This document shows positions 38,577 to 48,580 of a stretch of 64,000 bases of DNA, one piece after another. The notes beneath the pieces are model-generated. The model searched no databases. It was not told the origin of the DNA and worked only from the letters and a program-made list of their open reading frames with translations. The DNA comes from an uncultured Lachnospiraceae bacterium (GTDB lineage: Bacteria; Bacillota; Clostridia; Oscillospirales; CAG-272). Made by a program: the position numbers and the translations under genes. The DNA is taken from contig CAZERM010000003.1 of NCBI GenBank assembly GCA_964514555.1, positions 5,045 to 69,044 of the forward strand, read 5' to 3'. Within the stretch, counting starts at the first letter, position 1, and every line of letters starts with the position of its first letter.

Positions 38577-39548
38577 ATGAAACTCAAGAAAATCGTTGCA
38601 CTTGTACTCTCACTCTCCCTCATGGCTGCGGCTTGCTTCACGATGACATCTTGCGAAAGCAAAAATTACAAGATCGGCATCCTTCAGCTCGTAACTCATG
38701 ACGCGCTCGACGCAGCAACCAAAGGCTTCAAAGATGCGGTCATTGAAAAGCTCGGCGAAGAAAACGTTGAATTTATCGAACAGAACGCAAGCAATGACAC
38801 AAACCTTTGCTCTACTATCGCAACAGACTTCGTTGCAAAGAACGTAGACCTTATCATGGCTAATGCTACACCCGCACTTCAGGCGGCTGCTTCCGCTACT
38901 CTCGACATTCCGATCCTCGGCACTTCCGTTACTGAATACGGTGTTGCGCTCGGTATCGACAATTTTGACGGTACGGTAGGCGGTAATATTTCCGGTACAT
39001 CCGACCTTGCTCCCCTTGAACAGCAGGCGCAGATGATCATAGATCTTTTCCCCGAAGCTGAAAAGATCGGTATCCTCTACTGTTCCGCAGAGGCTAACTC
39101 CAAATATCAGGTAGAAGAGATCACAAAATTCCTTATCGAAAAAGGTATCAAAGCAGAAAATATCAAGAACTATGCATTCACAGACTCCAACGATATTTCC
39201 GCTGTAACAACATCCGCTTCCAACAACAGCGATGTTATCTACGTTCCCACGGATAACACTGTTGCAAATAACACAGCTATCATCGACAGCATCTGCCGTG
39301 CAAATAAAACTCCCATCGTTGCAGGTGAAGCAGGTATCTGCTCCGGTTGCGGTGTAGCTACTCTTTCCATCAGCTATTATGACATCGGCTATGCTACGGG
39401 TCTTATGGCGGCAAAGATCCTTCTCGGCGAAAGCAATATCGAAAAAATGCCTATCGAATACGCCGCTAACTATACAAAACAGTATAACGCAGAGATCTGC
39501 AATGCTCTCGGCATCACGATTCCCGAAGGCTACACACCCATCGACTGA
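38577..39548 (+). CDS. ABC importer substrate-binding lipoprotein (PF04392 ABC_sub_bind type)
   Basis: Lipobox FTMTSC followed by YKIGILQLVTHDALDAATKGFKDA, characteristic of the family. Confidence 0.8.
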   Translation: MKLKKIVALVLSLSLMAAACFTMTSCESKNYKIGILQLVTHDALDAATKGFKDAVIEKLGEENVEFIEQNASNDTNLCSTIATDFVAKNVDLIMANATPALQAAASATLDIPILGTSVTEYGVALGIDNFDGTVGGNISGTSDLAPLEQQAQMIIDLFPEAEKIGILYCSAEANSKYQVEEITKFLIEKGIKAENIKNYAFTDSNDISAVTTSASNNSDVIYVPTDNTVANNTAIIDSICRANKTPIVAGEAGICSGCGVATLSISYYDIGYATGLMAAKILLGESNIEKMPIEYAANYTKQYNAEICNALGITIPEGYTPID

Positions 39549-39571
39549 TTTTTAGGAGAATTATTTAAGCT

Positions 39572-40567
39572 ATGGATTTAATTTTGGATCTTTTGAGATC
39601 AATGCCCGGCGCCGTTGCTCAGGGTCTTATCTGGGGCATAATGGCTATCGGTGTATATATAACGTATAAAATACTCGATATCGCCGATCTTACCGTAGAC
39701 GGCTCTATCTGTACGGGCGCCTGCGTTTGCACTATTCTCGCAACGAACGGTGTTAATATATGGATAGCGGTATTGCTTGCTACCATCGCAGGAATGTTCA
39801 CAGGCTTTGTAACGGGATTTTTCCACACAGTCCTCGGAATACCCGCCATACTTTCAGGTATTCTTACCCAGCTTATGCTTTGGTCTGTAAACCTTAAGAT
39901 CCTCGGCAGAGCAAACCTTGCGCTCAATGCGCGCAACATAAAAGTCATCGTTACTCAGCTTGATAAAAACAAAGCGGTAATGGCGCTCATCGGCTTTGTT
40001 GCCGTTGTGATAATCTTGCTGTACCTTTTCTTCGGTACGGAAATGGGTTGTTCTTTGCGTTCCACGGGCTGTAACACAAATATGAGCCATGCGCAGGGTA
40101 TCAACACAAATGCAAACAAAATACTCGGTCTTGTCCTCTCCAATGGTCTTGTAGCTCTTTCCGGTGCGCTTTTGGCGCAGTATCAGGGATTTGCGGACAT
40201 CAATATGGGACGTGGCGCGATAGTTATCGGTCTTGCGGCTGTTATCATAGGCGAAGCACTTTGCAGTCATATCTCGATAAACTTCGGTGTAAGACTTGCA
40301 GGCGTTGCGGCAGGCGGCATTATATACTATGTCGTTTATCAGATAGTAGTAGCATTCGGTTTTGACCCCGACTTGCTCAAGATGCTTTCTGCGGCGGTTG
40401 TTACGGTGTTCATCTCCGTTCCGTACGTTAAGGGAAAATATTTCTCTTACACGAATCAGTTTAAAACTGAAAGAAAGATGCGTAAGATCCAAGCGGCTTC
40501 CGCAAAAAAAGAAGCTCGTATAGCAAAAAAGAAAGCAAAATCAGCGGATAAAGGAGAAAATAAATAA
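39572..40567 (+). CDS. ABC importer permease
   Basis: 331 aa polytopic protein with a Lys-rich C-terminal tail. 1-nt overlap with the ATPase gene start. Confidence 0.85.
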   Translation: MDLILDLLRSMPGAVAQGLIWGIMAIGVYITYKILDIADLTVDGSICTGACVCTILATNGVNIWIAVLLATIAGMFTGFVTGFFHTVLGIPAILSGILTQLMLWSVNLKILGRANLALNARNIKVIVTQLDKNKAVMALIGFVAVVIILLYLFFGTEMGCSLRSTGCNTNMSHAQGINTNANKILGLVLSNGLVALSGALLAQYQGFADINMGRGAIVIGLAAVIIGEALCSHISINFGVRLAGVAAGGIIYYVVYQIVVAFGFDPDLLKMLSAAVVTVFISVPYVKGKYFSYTNQFKTERKMRKIQAASAKKEARIAKKKAKSADKGENK

Positions 40568-41361
40568 TGCTGGAACTTAAAAATATTTCCAAAACCTTTA
40601 ACGCGGGTACGGTAAACGAAAAAGTTGCGCTCAATAATGTAGATCTCAAGCTCGAAAAGGGAGATTTCGTTACGATAATCGGTGGTAACGGCGCAGGTAA
40701 ATCCACGCTTCTTAACGCTATTGCGGGACTTTGGCTTCCCGACCATGGCTCTATCATCGTGGATGGCATCGATATAACGGATATGCCCGAATATAAAAGA
40801 GCGAAATTCCTCGGCAGAGTTTTTCAGGATCCCAGAATGGGTACGGCTACGGATATGTGGCTTGAAGAAAACCTCGCTCTTGCGAAGCGCCGCGGCAAAC
40901 GTCGCACGCTCCGTTGGGCTATAAGCCGCAAGGAACGCGAAGAGTACCGTAAAATGCTCAAACAGCTCGATCTCGGACTTGAAGATAGACTTACTGTAAA
41001 GATGGGTCTTTTCTCCGGTGGTCAGCGTCAGGCTGTAACGCTTCTTATGGCTACGATGAATAACCCCAAGGTATTGCTCCTTGATGAGCATACGGCGGCT
41101 CTCGACCCCAAAACAGCATCCAAAGTCCTTGCACTTACGGATAAATTTATCACGGAAAACAATCTTACTGCGCTCATGATAACTCATAATATGAAAGATG
41201 CCATCAACTACGGCAACAGACTTATCATGATGAATGCAGGCAGCATAATCCTCGATATCAGCGGAGAAGAGAAGAAAAAGCTTACGGTAGAAGCGCTTCT
41301 CGAAAAGTTTGCAATAGCAAGCGGCACGGAGTTTACGAACGACCGCGCACTCCTCGGTTAA
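40567..41361 (+). CDS. ABC importer ATP-binding protein
   Basis: Walker A GGNGAGKST, signature FSGGQRQA, Walker B LLLDEH. Confidence 0.9.
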   Translation: MLELKNISKTFNAGTVNEKVALNNVDLKLEKGDFVTIIGGNGAGKSTLLNAIAGLWLPDHGSIIVDGIDITDMPEYKRAKFLGRVFQDPRMGTATDMWLEENLALAKRRGKRRTLRWAISRKEREEYRKMLKQLDLGLEDRLTVKMGLFSGGQRQAVTLLMATMNNPKVLLLDEHTAALDPKTASKVLALTDKFITENNLTALMITHNMKDAINYGNRLIMMNAGSIILDISGEEKKKLTVEALLEKFAIASGTEFTNDRALLG

Positions 41362-41365
41362 ATCT

Positions 41366-41397
41366 AAAGACTGTCGATCACTCGACAGTCTTTTTTT
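41366..41397 (+). terminator. intrinsic terminator of the ABC importer operon
   Basis: AAAGACTGTCGA-TCAC-TCGACAGTCTTT followed by TTTT. Confidence 0.85.
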
Positions 41398-41618
41398 GCT
41401 TTATATAAAAGCAAAAACTCTTTAGCTTTTCTTTCGAACCAAGAAAAGCGCTGATAATATCAACAAAAAAATCAAAAAAAGTTTTAATTCATCTTTGTAT
41501 TGAAAAACTTACTATATCTTGCTTTTAACTTTTTTTCGTGATATACTTAATAATGCAGAAAAATGTATGAGAAAAACGCTTTTGTTTTTCGACATATATT
41601 TTGTAGAGGTGTATAATT

Positions 41619-42056
41619 ATGAATCTGAAAAAAGAAACTATTTGGGAATTTTTGCGCTACGTGGTCGTGGGCGGCGTTTCCGCGGTCGTTGATATTGCGG
41701 TAAACTACGTTATGCTCTACGTGATACTCGGCGCAACTAGCGAAGATAAATGGCAGGTGGCGGTGTCTGTAACCGCGGGCTTTATCGTTGGTCTTATCGT
41801 GAATTTCCTGCTTTCGAACGTCTTTGTTTTCCGCAAAGCAGAACAACAAAAAGAGGGAAAAACGGCAAAAGCGTTCATCATATACGTTCTCGTCGGCGTT
41901 ATCGGATACGGAATGACGGTAGGTCTTACGCTTTTGGGTACAAAATTCACTGGTGAATCCGGCATATTCTATATATTGCTTACTTGTGTTGTAAAAGGCA
42001 TAGTTCTTATTTGGAATTATCTCGGCAGAAAAATTCTCGTTTATCGCGGACAATAA
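41619..42056 (+). CDS. GtrA-family membrane protein
   Basis: 145 aa with four TM helices. N-terminal FLRYVVVGGVSAVVD pattern. Confidence 0.75.
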   Translation: MNLKKETIWEFLRYVVVGGVSAVVDIAVNYVMLYVILGATSEDKWQVAVSVTAGFIVGLIVNFLLSNVFVFRKAEQQKEGKTAKAFIIYVLVGVIGYGMTVGLTLLGTKFTGESGIFYILLTCVVKGIVLIWNYLGRKILVYRGQ

Positions 42057-42083
42057 TATAAATTTTGGAGGGTGATTAAACTC

Positions 42084-43646
42084 ATGGAAAATAAGAAAAC
42101 AGCTATAATCATCGGTGCGGGCCCCGCAGGTCTCTGCGCCGCACACAGACTTATAACGGAAGCAGGTGTTACGCCTGTTATACTTGAAGAATCTGATTTC
42201 ATCGGTGGTATCTCTCGCACGATAGAATATAACGGTAACCGCATGGACATCGGCGGTCATCGTTTCTTCTCCAAAAGCGAAGAGGTAAACGAATTTTGGG
42301 CGCAGTTCATGCCTACTCAGGGAGCACCCTCAAATGACGACATTATTTTGGGAACGACAGACAAAAAGCTTTCCGAAAACGGCCCTGACCCTGAAAAAGA
42401 AGACAATGTTATGCTCGTTCGTAACCGCGTTTCCAGAATCTATTATCTCAAAAAATTCTTCGATTATCCTATCAGCTTGAAGCTTAAAACATTTACAAAC
42501 ATGGGCTTTTTCCGCACTATGAAGGCAGGTTTCGGCTATGTTTGGTCCGCAATGTTCAAAAAAGAAGAGGATTCGCTCCGCAATTTTTATATCAACCGCT
42601 TCGGTAAGCCGCTTTACGAGATGTTCTTTGAAGATTACACGGAAAAACTTTGGGGCGTCAACCCTGCGAACATCGACCCCTCTTGGGGCGCACAGCGCGT
42701 AAAAGGACTTTCTCTCCGCAAAGCGGTTGCGGCCGTCATCATGAAACCTTTCAAGAGAAACGACAGCAAAGTTGAAACATCGCTTATCGAACAGTATATC
42801 TACCCGAAGAAAGGCCCCGGTCAGCTTTGGGAAGCAGTTGCCGAAGATATTGAAAAGCGCGGCGGCACGATAATCAAAAATTGCTCCGTAAAAACGCTTG
42901 AAACAAACGGAAAAGAGATCCTTTCCATCGGCGTTCTTCAGGACGGCGAGATCAAAACGGTAAAAGCAGACTACTATTTCTCCACGATGCCTATCAAAGA
43001 CCTTGTTGACGGCATGGGCAGCGCTGTTCCGCAGGATATCCACGATATCGCCGTAAATCTTCCTTACCGCGATTTCATCACAGTAGGCTTGCTTGTAAAC
43101 AAGCTCAAGATAAAGAACCAGACAAAGATAAAAACAGTCGGCAATATCGTTCCCGACTGCTGGATATACATCCAGGAGCGTGATGTTAAGATAGGCAGAC
43201 TTCAGATATTCAACAACTGGTCCCCCTACATGGTAAAAGACTTCGAAAACAATGTTTGGATCGGACTTGAATATTTCTGCACAGAGGGCGACGAGCTTTG
43301 GAACATGGGCGACAAAGAATTTATCGATTTCGCTTCCGCAGAGCTTGAAAAGATCGGCATCATCGACAGAGCGGATATACTCGACAGCGTTCGCGCTAAA
43401 GTTAAGAAAGCATATCCCGCTTACTTCGGTACATATTCCGAATTTGACAAGGTAAGAAATTACCTTGACGGCATCGGCAACCTTTACTGCATAGGCAGAA
43501 ACGGTCAGCACAGATACAACAACATGGACCACTCCATGATGACTGCGTTCGAAGCCGTTCGTGCGCTCAAGCGCGGCGATACTTCTCGCGATGCCATTTG
43601 GAACGTAAACACAGAAAAAGAATATCACGAAGAAAAGAAAGACTGA
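42084..43646 (+). CDS. FAD/NAD(P)-binding oxidoreductase (amine-oxidase / UDP-galactopyranose-mutase-like fold)
   Basis: Start trimmed to [17 protein letters not shown] (GxGxxG). About 520 aa. Adjacent to the gtrA-like gene. Confidence 0.65.
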   Translation: MENKKTAIIIGAGPAGLCAAHRLITEAGVTPVILEESDFIGGISRTIEYNGNRMDIGGHRFFSKSEEVNEFWAQFMPTQGAPSNDDIILGTTDKKLSENGPDPEKEDNVMLVRNRVSRIYYLKKFFDYPISLKLKTFTNMGFFRTMKAGFGYVWSAMFKKEEDSLRNFYINRFGKPLYEMFFEDYTEKLWGVNPANIDPSWGAQRVKGLSLRKAVAAVIMKPFKRNDSKVETSLIEQYIYPKKGPGQLWEAVAEDIEKRGGTIIKNCSVKTLETNGKEILSIGVLQDGEIKTVKADYYFSTMPIKDLVDGMGSAVPQDIHDIAVNLPYRDFITVGLLVNKLKIKNQTKIKTVGNIVPDCWIYIQERDVKIGRLQIFNNWSPYMVKDFENNVWIGLEYFCTEGDELWNMGDKEFIDFASAELEKIGIIDRADILDSVRAKVKKAYPAYFGTYSEFDKVRNYLDGIGNLYCIGRNGQHRYNNMDHSMMTAFEAVRALKRGDTSRDAIWNVNTEKEYHEEKKD

Positions 43647-43653
43647 TATATCA

Positions 43654-43691
43654 AAAACACTTGCAAAGCTATGCCGAGCAGGTGTTTTTTT
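43654..43691 (+). terminator. intrinsic terminator after the oxidoreductase gene
   Basis: AAAACACTTGC-loop-GCAGGTGTTTT followed by TTT. Confidence 0.65.
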
Positions 43692-43989
43692 GTGTTCAAA
43701 CAGGTTAAATATTACATTGATAGCATATTATAGGGGCGGAAATATGTATTTTGGATGTTTTTAATCATCAAGTAGAAAAAATGTCGAATTTTTTGTTGTA
43801 AATGCCAAACAAATAATACTTGAAACTATTATATATTATGGTATATACTATAAACATAAGCACGGCTCGCGCAAGGGCAATAAAGTCCGTTATCAGCGCA
43901 TTTTTGCTTATTATTTACCATGTAAATAAAGAAGAGAAAACATCCCTTCTTTGCAATAAAAATATCACTAATTAAGGAGAATTTTATTT

Positions 43990-44157
43990 ATGAAATACGT
44001 ATGCACACTTTGCGGCTATATTTATGACGAAGCTCTCGGCGACGAAGATCTCGGCATCGAACCCGGCACAGAATGGGACGAACTTCCCGAAGATTTCGCA
44101 TGCCCTCTTTGCGGTGTAGACAAATCCTTGTTCGAAGAAGTTGAAGACGACGAATAA
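43990..44157 (+). CDS. rubredoxin (55 aa; below the ORF-track length cut-off)
   Basis: My translation reads [55 protein letters not shown], with CxxCG and CPxCG motifs. AAGGAGA RBS at 43973-43979. Confidence 0.92.
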   Translation: MKYVCTLCGYIYDEALGDEDLGIEPGTEWDELPEDFACPLCGVDKSLFEEVEDDE

Positions 44158-44170
44158 TTTTGTAAAAACA

Positions 44171-44202
44171 AAGGCACACCTTATATAGGTGTGCCTTATT
44201 AT
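44171..44202. terminator. bidirectional terminator between the rubredoxin and eamA-like genes
   Basis: AAGGCACACC-TTATATA-GGTGTGCCTT between convergent genes. Confidence 0.8.
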
Positions 44203-45105
44203 TTAATCGGCTTTGACTTTTCGCTTTTTATCGGGAAGCTGAGAGATTATCGTGGCAGAGAACATGAGCAAGCAACCGATCGCTTCATGGAGCGAGGGTA
44301 TCTGCATAAGGAATATCATGCCGCCGATAACCGCAAAGACGGATTCAAGGCTCATGATTATCGAAGCGACCGTGGGATGCGTATATTTTTGTCCTATTAT
44401 CTGGAGCGTATACGCAACACCGCAGGAGAGTATACCTGCGTAGAGCACGGGCAACCATGAATCCACAACATCCGCAAGAACAGGTTCTTCGAATATGAAA
44501 GCGAAGATGAACGACAAGATGCACGCGGTGAGCATTTGGAAAAATGAAACGCGAACGCCGTCAACGCCTGCGGAAAGCTTATCTATTGCCAAAATGTGAG
44601 CGGAGAATACAAAAGAGGAGCATATAACGAATATATCGCCCTTATTGAGATATATTCCCTCATCAGTGTGGCAGAGGAAGCAAAGTCCGACGAGCGCAAG
44701 CGCTATGCAAGCCCAAAGCTTGGGCGAAACTTTTCTGCCGAAGAAAAGACCGATTATCGGAACTATGAGCAGATAAAGCGCCGTCAAAAAGCCCGAATGT
44801 CCAACGCTCGTGTTTGCGATGCCCACCTGCTGAAGAGCGGAGGCAAGGCAGAATATCGTGCCGCAGACAACGCCCGCGATAGTCGTTTTCTTGTCGAAAA
44901 AGCGTTCGTTGGGATAAAGCTTCTTCCGTATATTAAAAGAGAAGAGCGAAACGGGCAAAAGCACTATAACGGCGAGAAGCGTTCGTGCGGCTTGGAAAGT
45001 GAGAGCGCCCATCTTATCCGAGCCTTCGCTTTGCGCTACGAATGCAAAACCCCAAATGATAGCGGTAAGGAGCAAAAGAACTCCGCCGCGCAAGTTTTTA
45101 GACAT
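44203..45105 (-). CDS. EamA/DMT-family transporter
   Basis: 300 aa with about 10 TM helices and duplicated EamA-like halves. Confidence 0.8.
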   Translation of the reverse strand: MSKNLRGGVLLLLTAIIWGFAFVAQSEGSDKMGALTFQAARTLLAVIVLLPVSLFSFNIRKKLYPNERFFDKKTTIAGVVCGTIFCLASALQQVGIANTSVGHSGFLTALYLLIVPIIGLFFGRKVSPKLWACIALALVGLCFLCHTDEGIYLNKGDIFVICSSFVFSAHILAIDKLSAGVDGVRVSFFQMLTACILSFIFAFIFEEPVLADVVDSWLPVLYAGILSCGVAYTLQIIGQKYTHPTVASIIMSLESVFAVIGGMIFLMQIPSLHEAIGCLLMFSATIISQLPDKKRKVKAD

Positions 45106-45355
45106 AAAATATCATCTCCAAATAAAAAATAAACATATTGATTCTATCACACTCTCGGAAGAAAAACAAGAAATATATCATTTTTTTATTTCCTTATTGC
45201 CAAATTTACGGCTGTATCATGGAGGCGAACGCGTTTCTGCCGTTTGCCGAGTTTTCATGATCAAAAAATTGCTGAGAATTGAATAAAGTATCTGCTCGTT
45301 ACCGAACATTGTCGAAAGAGAGAAGAACAAAAATCGATAAAATATTTAAATATAA

Positions 45356-45425
45356 TGAATATTTTTGAAAAAAATCAAAAAAATCTCTCACAACTATTGC
45401 ATAATTATGCATAACGTGTTATAAT
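45356..45425 (+). promoter_or_regulatory. arg operon promoter with candidate ArgR (ARG box) operators
   Basis: Perfect 14-bp palindrome TGCATAATTATGCA (45398-45411) overlaps the -35 TTGCAT. Extended -10 TGTTATAAT (45417-45425). Upstream half-matching box TGAATATTTTTGAA (45356-45369). Confidence 0.55.
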
Positions 45426-45485
45426 AGATAAACCACTATCGGAATTTATTATTCCGCGAAGACAAACCAGAAAGAGGTGTTCACG

Positions 45486-46421
45486 TTGAAAAAGAAGATT
45501 TTTATAGACGGAAGCGCCGGCACGACCGGACTTGACATATTCAGAAGGATTTCGGGACGAGAAGATATAGAGCTTATCACGCTCCCCGAAGAAAAGAGAA
45601 AAGACGCAGACGCAAGACGCGAAGCGCTCAATTCCGCGGACATCGCTTTCCTATGCTTGCCCGATACGGCAGCAATAGAATCTGCCGCTATGGTAGAAAA
45701 CGATCACACGGTGTTGCTTGATACTTCAACGGCACACAGAACAGACTCCGCCTGGGCTTACGGTTTCCCCGAACTTTCTATGTCTTTTGAAGAAAAGATC
45801 AAAACTTCAAAAAGAATTGCAGTTCCCGGTTGCCACGCGAGCGGCTTTATCGCCCTCATCTATCCGCTTATCGAAAGTGGCGCACTTCCCACAACGGCGA
45901 AGCTTTCCGCTTTTTCCATCACAGGTTACAGCGGCGGTGGTAAAAAAATGATAGCTGCATACGACGAGGAGGGCAGAGATAAACTTCTCGATGCACCCAG
46001 ACAGTATGCGCTTACTCAAAAACACAAACACTTGCCCGAGATGCAGAAGATAACGGGTCTTGAAAATGCACCCATATTCAGCCCCATCGTTTCCGATTTT
46101 TACAGCGGCATGGAGGTTACCGTTCCGATATTCGCAAGCGAACTTACGGACGGCTTCGGCATCGAAGATATAAAAAATATATATGCAAAAGCATATACGG
46201 GTCCCGTTGTCAAATATGTTGACGGCGGCGACGAGGAGGGCTTCATCTCCGCAGGCAAGAAATCGGGTACGGACGCTATGGAAATATCCGTTTTCGGCAA
46301 TGAAGAAAGAATTTTGCTCACCGCAAGATACGACAACCTCGGAAAAGGTGCGTGCGGCGCGGCAATAGAATGTCTTAATATCGTTCTCGGTGCAGATCTT
46401 ACCGAGGGAATGAATGTTTAA
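45486..46421 (+). CDS. argC: N-acetyl-gamma-glutamyl-phosphate reductase
   Basis: KKKIFIDGSAGTTGL N-terminus and active-site region VPGCHASG. I prefer the TTG start at 45486, 8 nt after AAAGAGG, to the track's GTG at 45477. Confidence 0.9.
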   Translation: MKKKIFIDGSAGTTGLDIFRRISGREDIELITLPEEKRKDADARREALNSADIAFLCLPDTAAIESAAMVENDHTVLLDTSTAHRTDSAWAYGFPELSMSFEEKIKTSKRIAVPGCHASGFIALIYPLIESGALPTTAKLSAFSITGYSGGGKKMIAAYDEEGRDKLLDAPRQYALTQKHKHLPEMQKITGLENAPIFSPIVSDFYSGMEVTVPIFASELTDGFGIEDIKNIYAKAYTGPVVKYVDGGDEEGFISAGKKSGTDAMEISVFGNEERILLTARYDNLGKGACGAAIECLNIVLGADLTEGMNV

Positions 46422-46438
46422 TGGGAGAGGTACATAAG

Positions 46439-47659
46439 ATGGAAATTATAGAAGGCGGCGTTTGTGCCGCAAAGGGCTTCAGCGCTTCGGGCATACACTG
46501 CGGTATACGCAAAAATAAAACAAAACGCGATCTCGCGCTCATATACAGCGAGGTTCCTGCTTCCGCAGCTGCCGTTTACACAACTAACCTTGTAAAAGGC
46601 GCGCCCCTTACGGTTACAAAGAAGCATATATCCAACGGTGTTGCACAGGCTGTCCTCTGCAACAGCGGCAACGCAAACACTTGCAACGCAGATGGCGTTG
46701 AGGTTGCGGAAAAGATGAGCCAGCTCCTCGCTGAAAACATCGCCGTTAAACCCGAGGATGTTATCGTTGCTTCCACAGGTGTTATCGGTCAGAAACTTGA
46801 CATCACTCCCATCGCGGTAGGTTTGCCCTTGCTCGTTTCCGAACTCGGCAACAGCAAAGAACACAGCGTTTGCGCCGCAGAAGGCATCATGACGACAGAC
46901 ACGGTACTCAAAGAGATCGCCGTTAAGTTCACTGTCGGCGGAAAAGAATGTCATATCGGCGGTATCGCAAAAGGCTCCGGCATGATACACCCCAACATGG
47001 CAACGATGCTCGTGTTCATCACGACAGACGCAGCCATCGCTCCCGAAATGCTCAAAAAAGCTCTTTCGGCTGATATTAAAAATACATTTAACATGGTAAG
47101 CGTAGATGGCGATACATCTACAAACGACATGGTAGCTGTTATGGCAAACGGCATGGCAGGAAACGAAACCATCACAGCAGAGGGCGAGGACTTCAATGAA
47201 TTTATGAAGGCTCTCAATACTATTACGGTATACCTCTGCCGCAAGATCGCAGGCGACGGCGAAGGCGCAACAAAGCTCCTTGAATGTTCCGTTGACGGCG
47301 CCGAAACAGAAGCCATCGCAAAAACAGTTGCAAAATCCGTTATCTGCTCCTCGCTCTTCAAAGCGGCTATGTTCGGTGCCGATGCAAACTGGGGACGTGT
47401 CCTCTGCGCTATCGGTTACAGCGGCGCTCCCGTTGACGTTACGAAGATAGATGTTTCTTTCGAGAGCAAAGCAGGCAAGATATATGTTTGCCGCGACGGT
47501 GCAGGCATCGATTTTTCCGAGGAAACGGCAAAAGAAGTCCTTTCCGAAAAAGAGATCAATGTTATCATATCTCTTAACAGCGGCAACGCAAGCGCTACAG
47601 CTTGGGGTTGCGACCTTACATATGATTATGTAAAGATCAACGGCGACTACAGAACTTGA
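46439..47659 (+). CDS. argJ: bifunctional ornithine acetyltransferase / N-acetylglutamate synthase
   Basis: MEIIEGGVCAAKGF N-terminus and self-cleavage site region PNMATMLVFITTDA. GGAGAGG RBS. Confidence 0.93.
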   Translation: MEIIEGGVCAAKGFSASGIHCGIRKNKTKRDLALIYSEVPASAAAVYTTNLVKGAPLTVTKKHISNGVAQAVLCNSGNANTCNADGVEVAEKMSQLLAENIAVKPEDVIVASTGVIGQKLDITPIAVGLPLLVSELGNSKEHSVCAAEGIMTTDTVLKEIAVKFTVGGKECHIGGIAKGSGMIHPNMATMLVFITTDAAIAPEMLKKALSADIKNTFNMVSVDGDTSTNDMVAVMANGMAGNETITAEGEDFNEFMKALNTITVYLCRKIAGDGEGATKLLECSVDGAETEAIAKTVAKSVICSSLFKAAMFGADANWGRVLCAIGYSGAPVDVTKIDVSFESKAGKIYVCRDGAGIDFSEETAKEVLSEKEINVIISLNSGNASATAWGCDLTYDYVKINGDYRT

Positions 47660-47713
47660 TCTTAGAAATGATCTAAAAAACAAAAAATAAAATTCAGGAA
47701 AGCGACAAAGACC

Positions 47714-48580
47714 ATGGAAATCAATAACGCACAGAGAGCGAAAGTCATCGTACACGCGCTCCCTTATATACAGAAATATAAAGACAAGATCATCGTTGTA
47801 AAATACGGCGGCAACGCAATGATAAACGAAGAACTCAAAGATTCCGTTATGCGTGATATCGTTCTTCTTTCTCTCATCGGCATCAAGGTCGTTCTCGTTC
47901 ACGGCGGCGGCCCCGAGATCACAGATATGCTTGCCAAAGTAGGCAAAAAAACGGAATTTGTAAACGGCTTGCGCGTAACAGACAAAGAATCTGTTGAAAT
48001 AGTACAGATGGTACTCGCAGGTAAGATAAACAAAAACCTCGTAAACCTCATCTCCGTTAAGGGCGGTAAAGCCATCGGTCTTTCCGGCATCGACGGTCAG
48101 ATGATAAAAGCACAGCCTAAGGATCCTGCACTCGGATTCGTAGGCGATATAACAGATGTTGACCCTCAGATAATCATCGACACGCTCGATAAGGGTTACA
48201 TCCCCGTTATCTCCACGGTTGCTTGCGACGAGCAGGGCAACACATACAATATCAACGCAGATACGGCCGCGGCAAAGATCGCAGGTGCGCTCGGCGCAGA
48301 AAGCCTTATCTCCATGACGGATATCACCGGCATCCTTCGTGATAAAGATGACCCCTCAACGCTTATCTCCACTATTTATGTAAGCGACACAGCAGAGCTT
48401 GTTTCCGAGGGCGTTATCTCCGGCGGCATGATACCCAAGGTTGAATGTTGCACGGAAGCTATCCGTCGCGGCGTCAAGAAAGTGTTTATCATTGACGGCA
48501 GAGTTCCTCATTCGCTTTTGATCGAGACCCTCACCGATGAAGGTATGGGTACAATGCTTATATCAGGAGAAAACATATGA
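47714..48580 (+). CDS. argB: acetylglutamate kinase
   Basis: IVVKYGGNAM...LVHGGGP motifs. Confidence 0.93.
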   Translation: MEINNAQRAKVIVHALPYIQKYKDKIIVVKYGGNAMINEELKDSVMRDIVLLSLIGIKVVLVHGGGPEITDMLAKVGKKTEFVNGLRVTDKESVEIVQMVLAGKINKNLVNLISVKGGKAIGLSGIDGQMIKAQPKDPALGFVGDITDVDPQIIIDTLDKGYIPVISTVACDEQGNTYNINADTAAAKIAGALGAESLISMTDITGILRDKDDPSTLISTIYVSDTAELVSEGVISGGMIPKVECCTEAIRRGVKKVFIIDGRVPHSLLIETLTDEGMGTMLISGENI

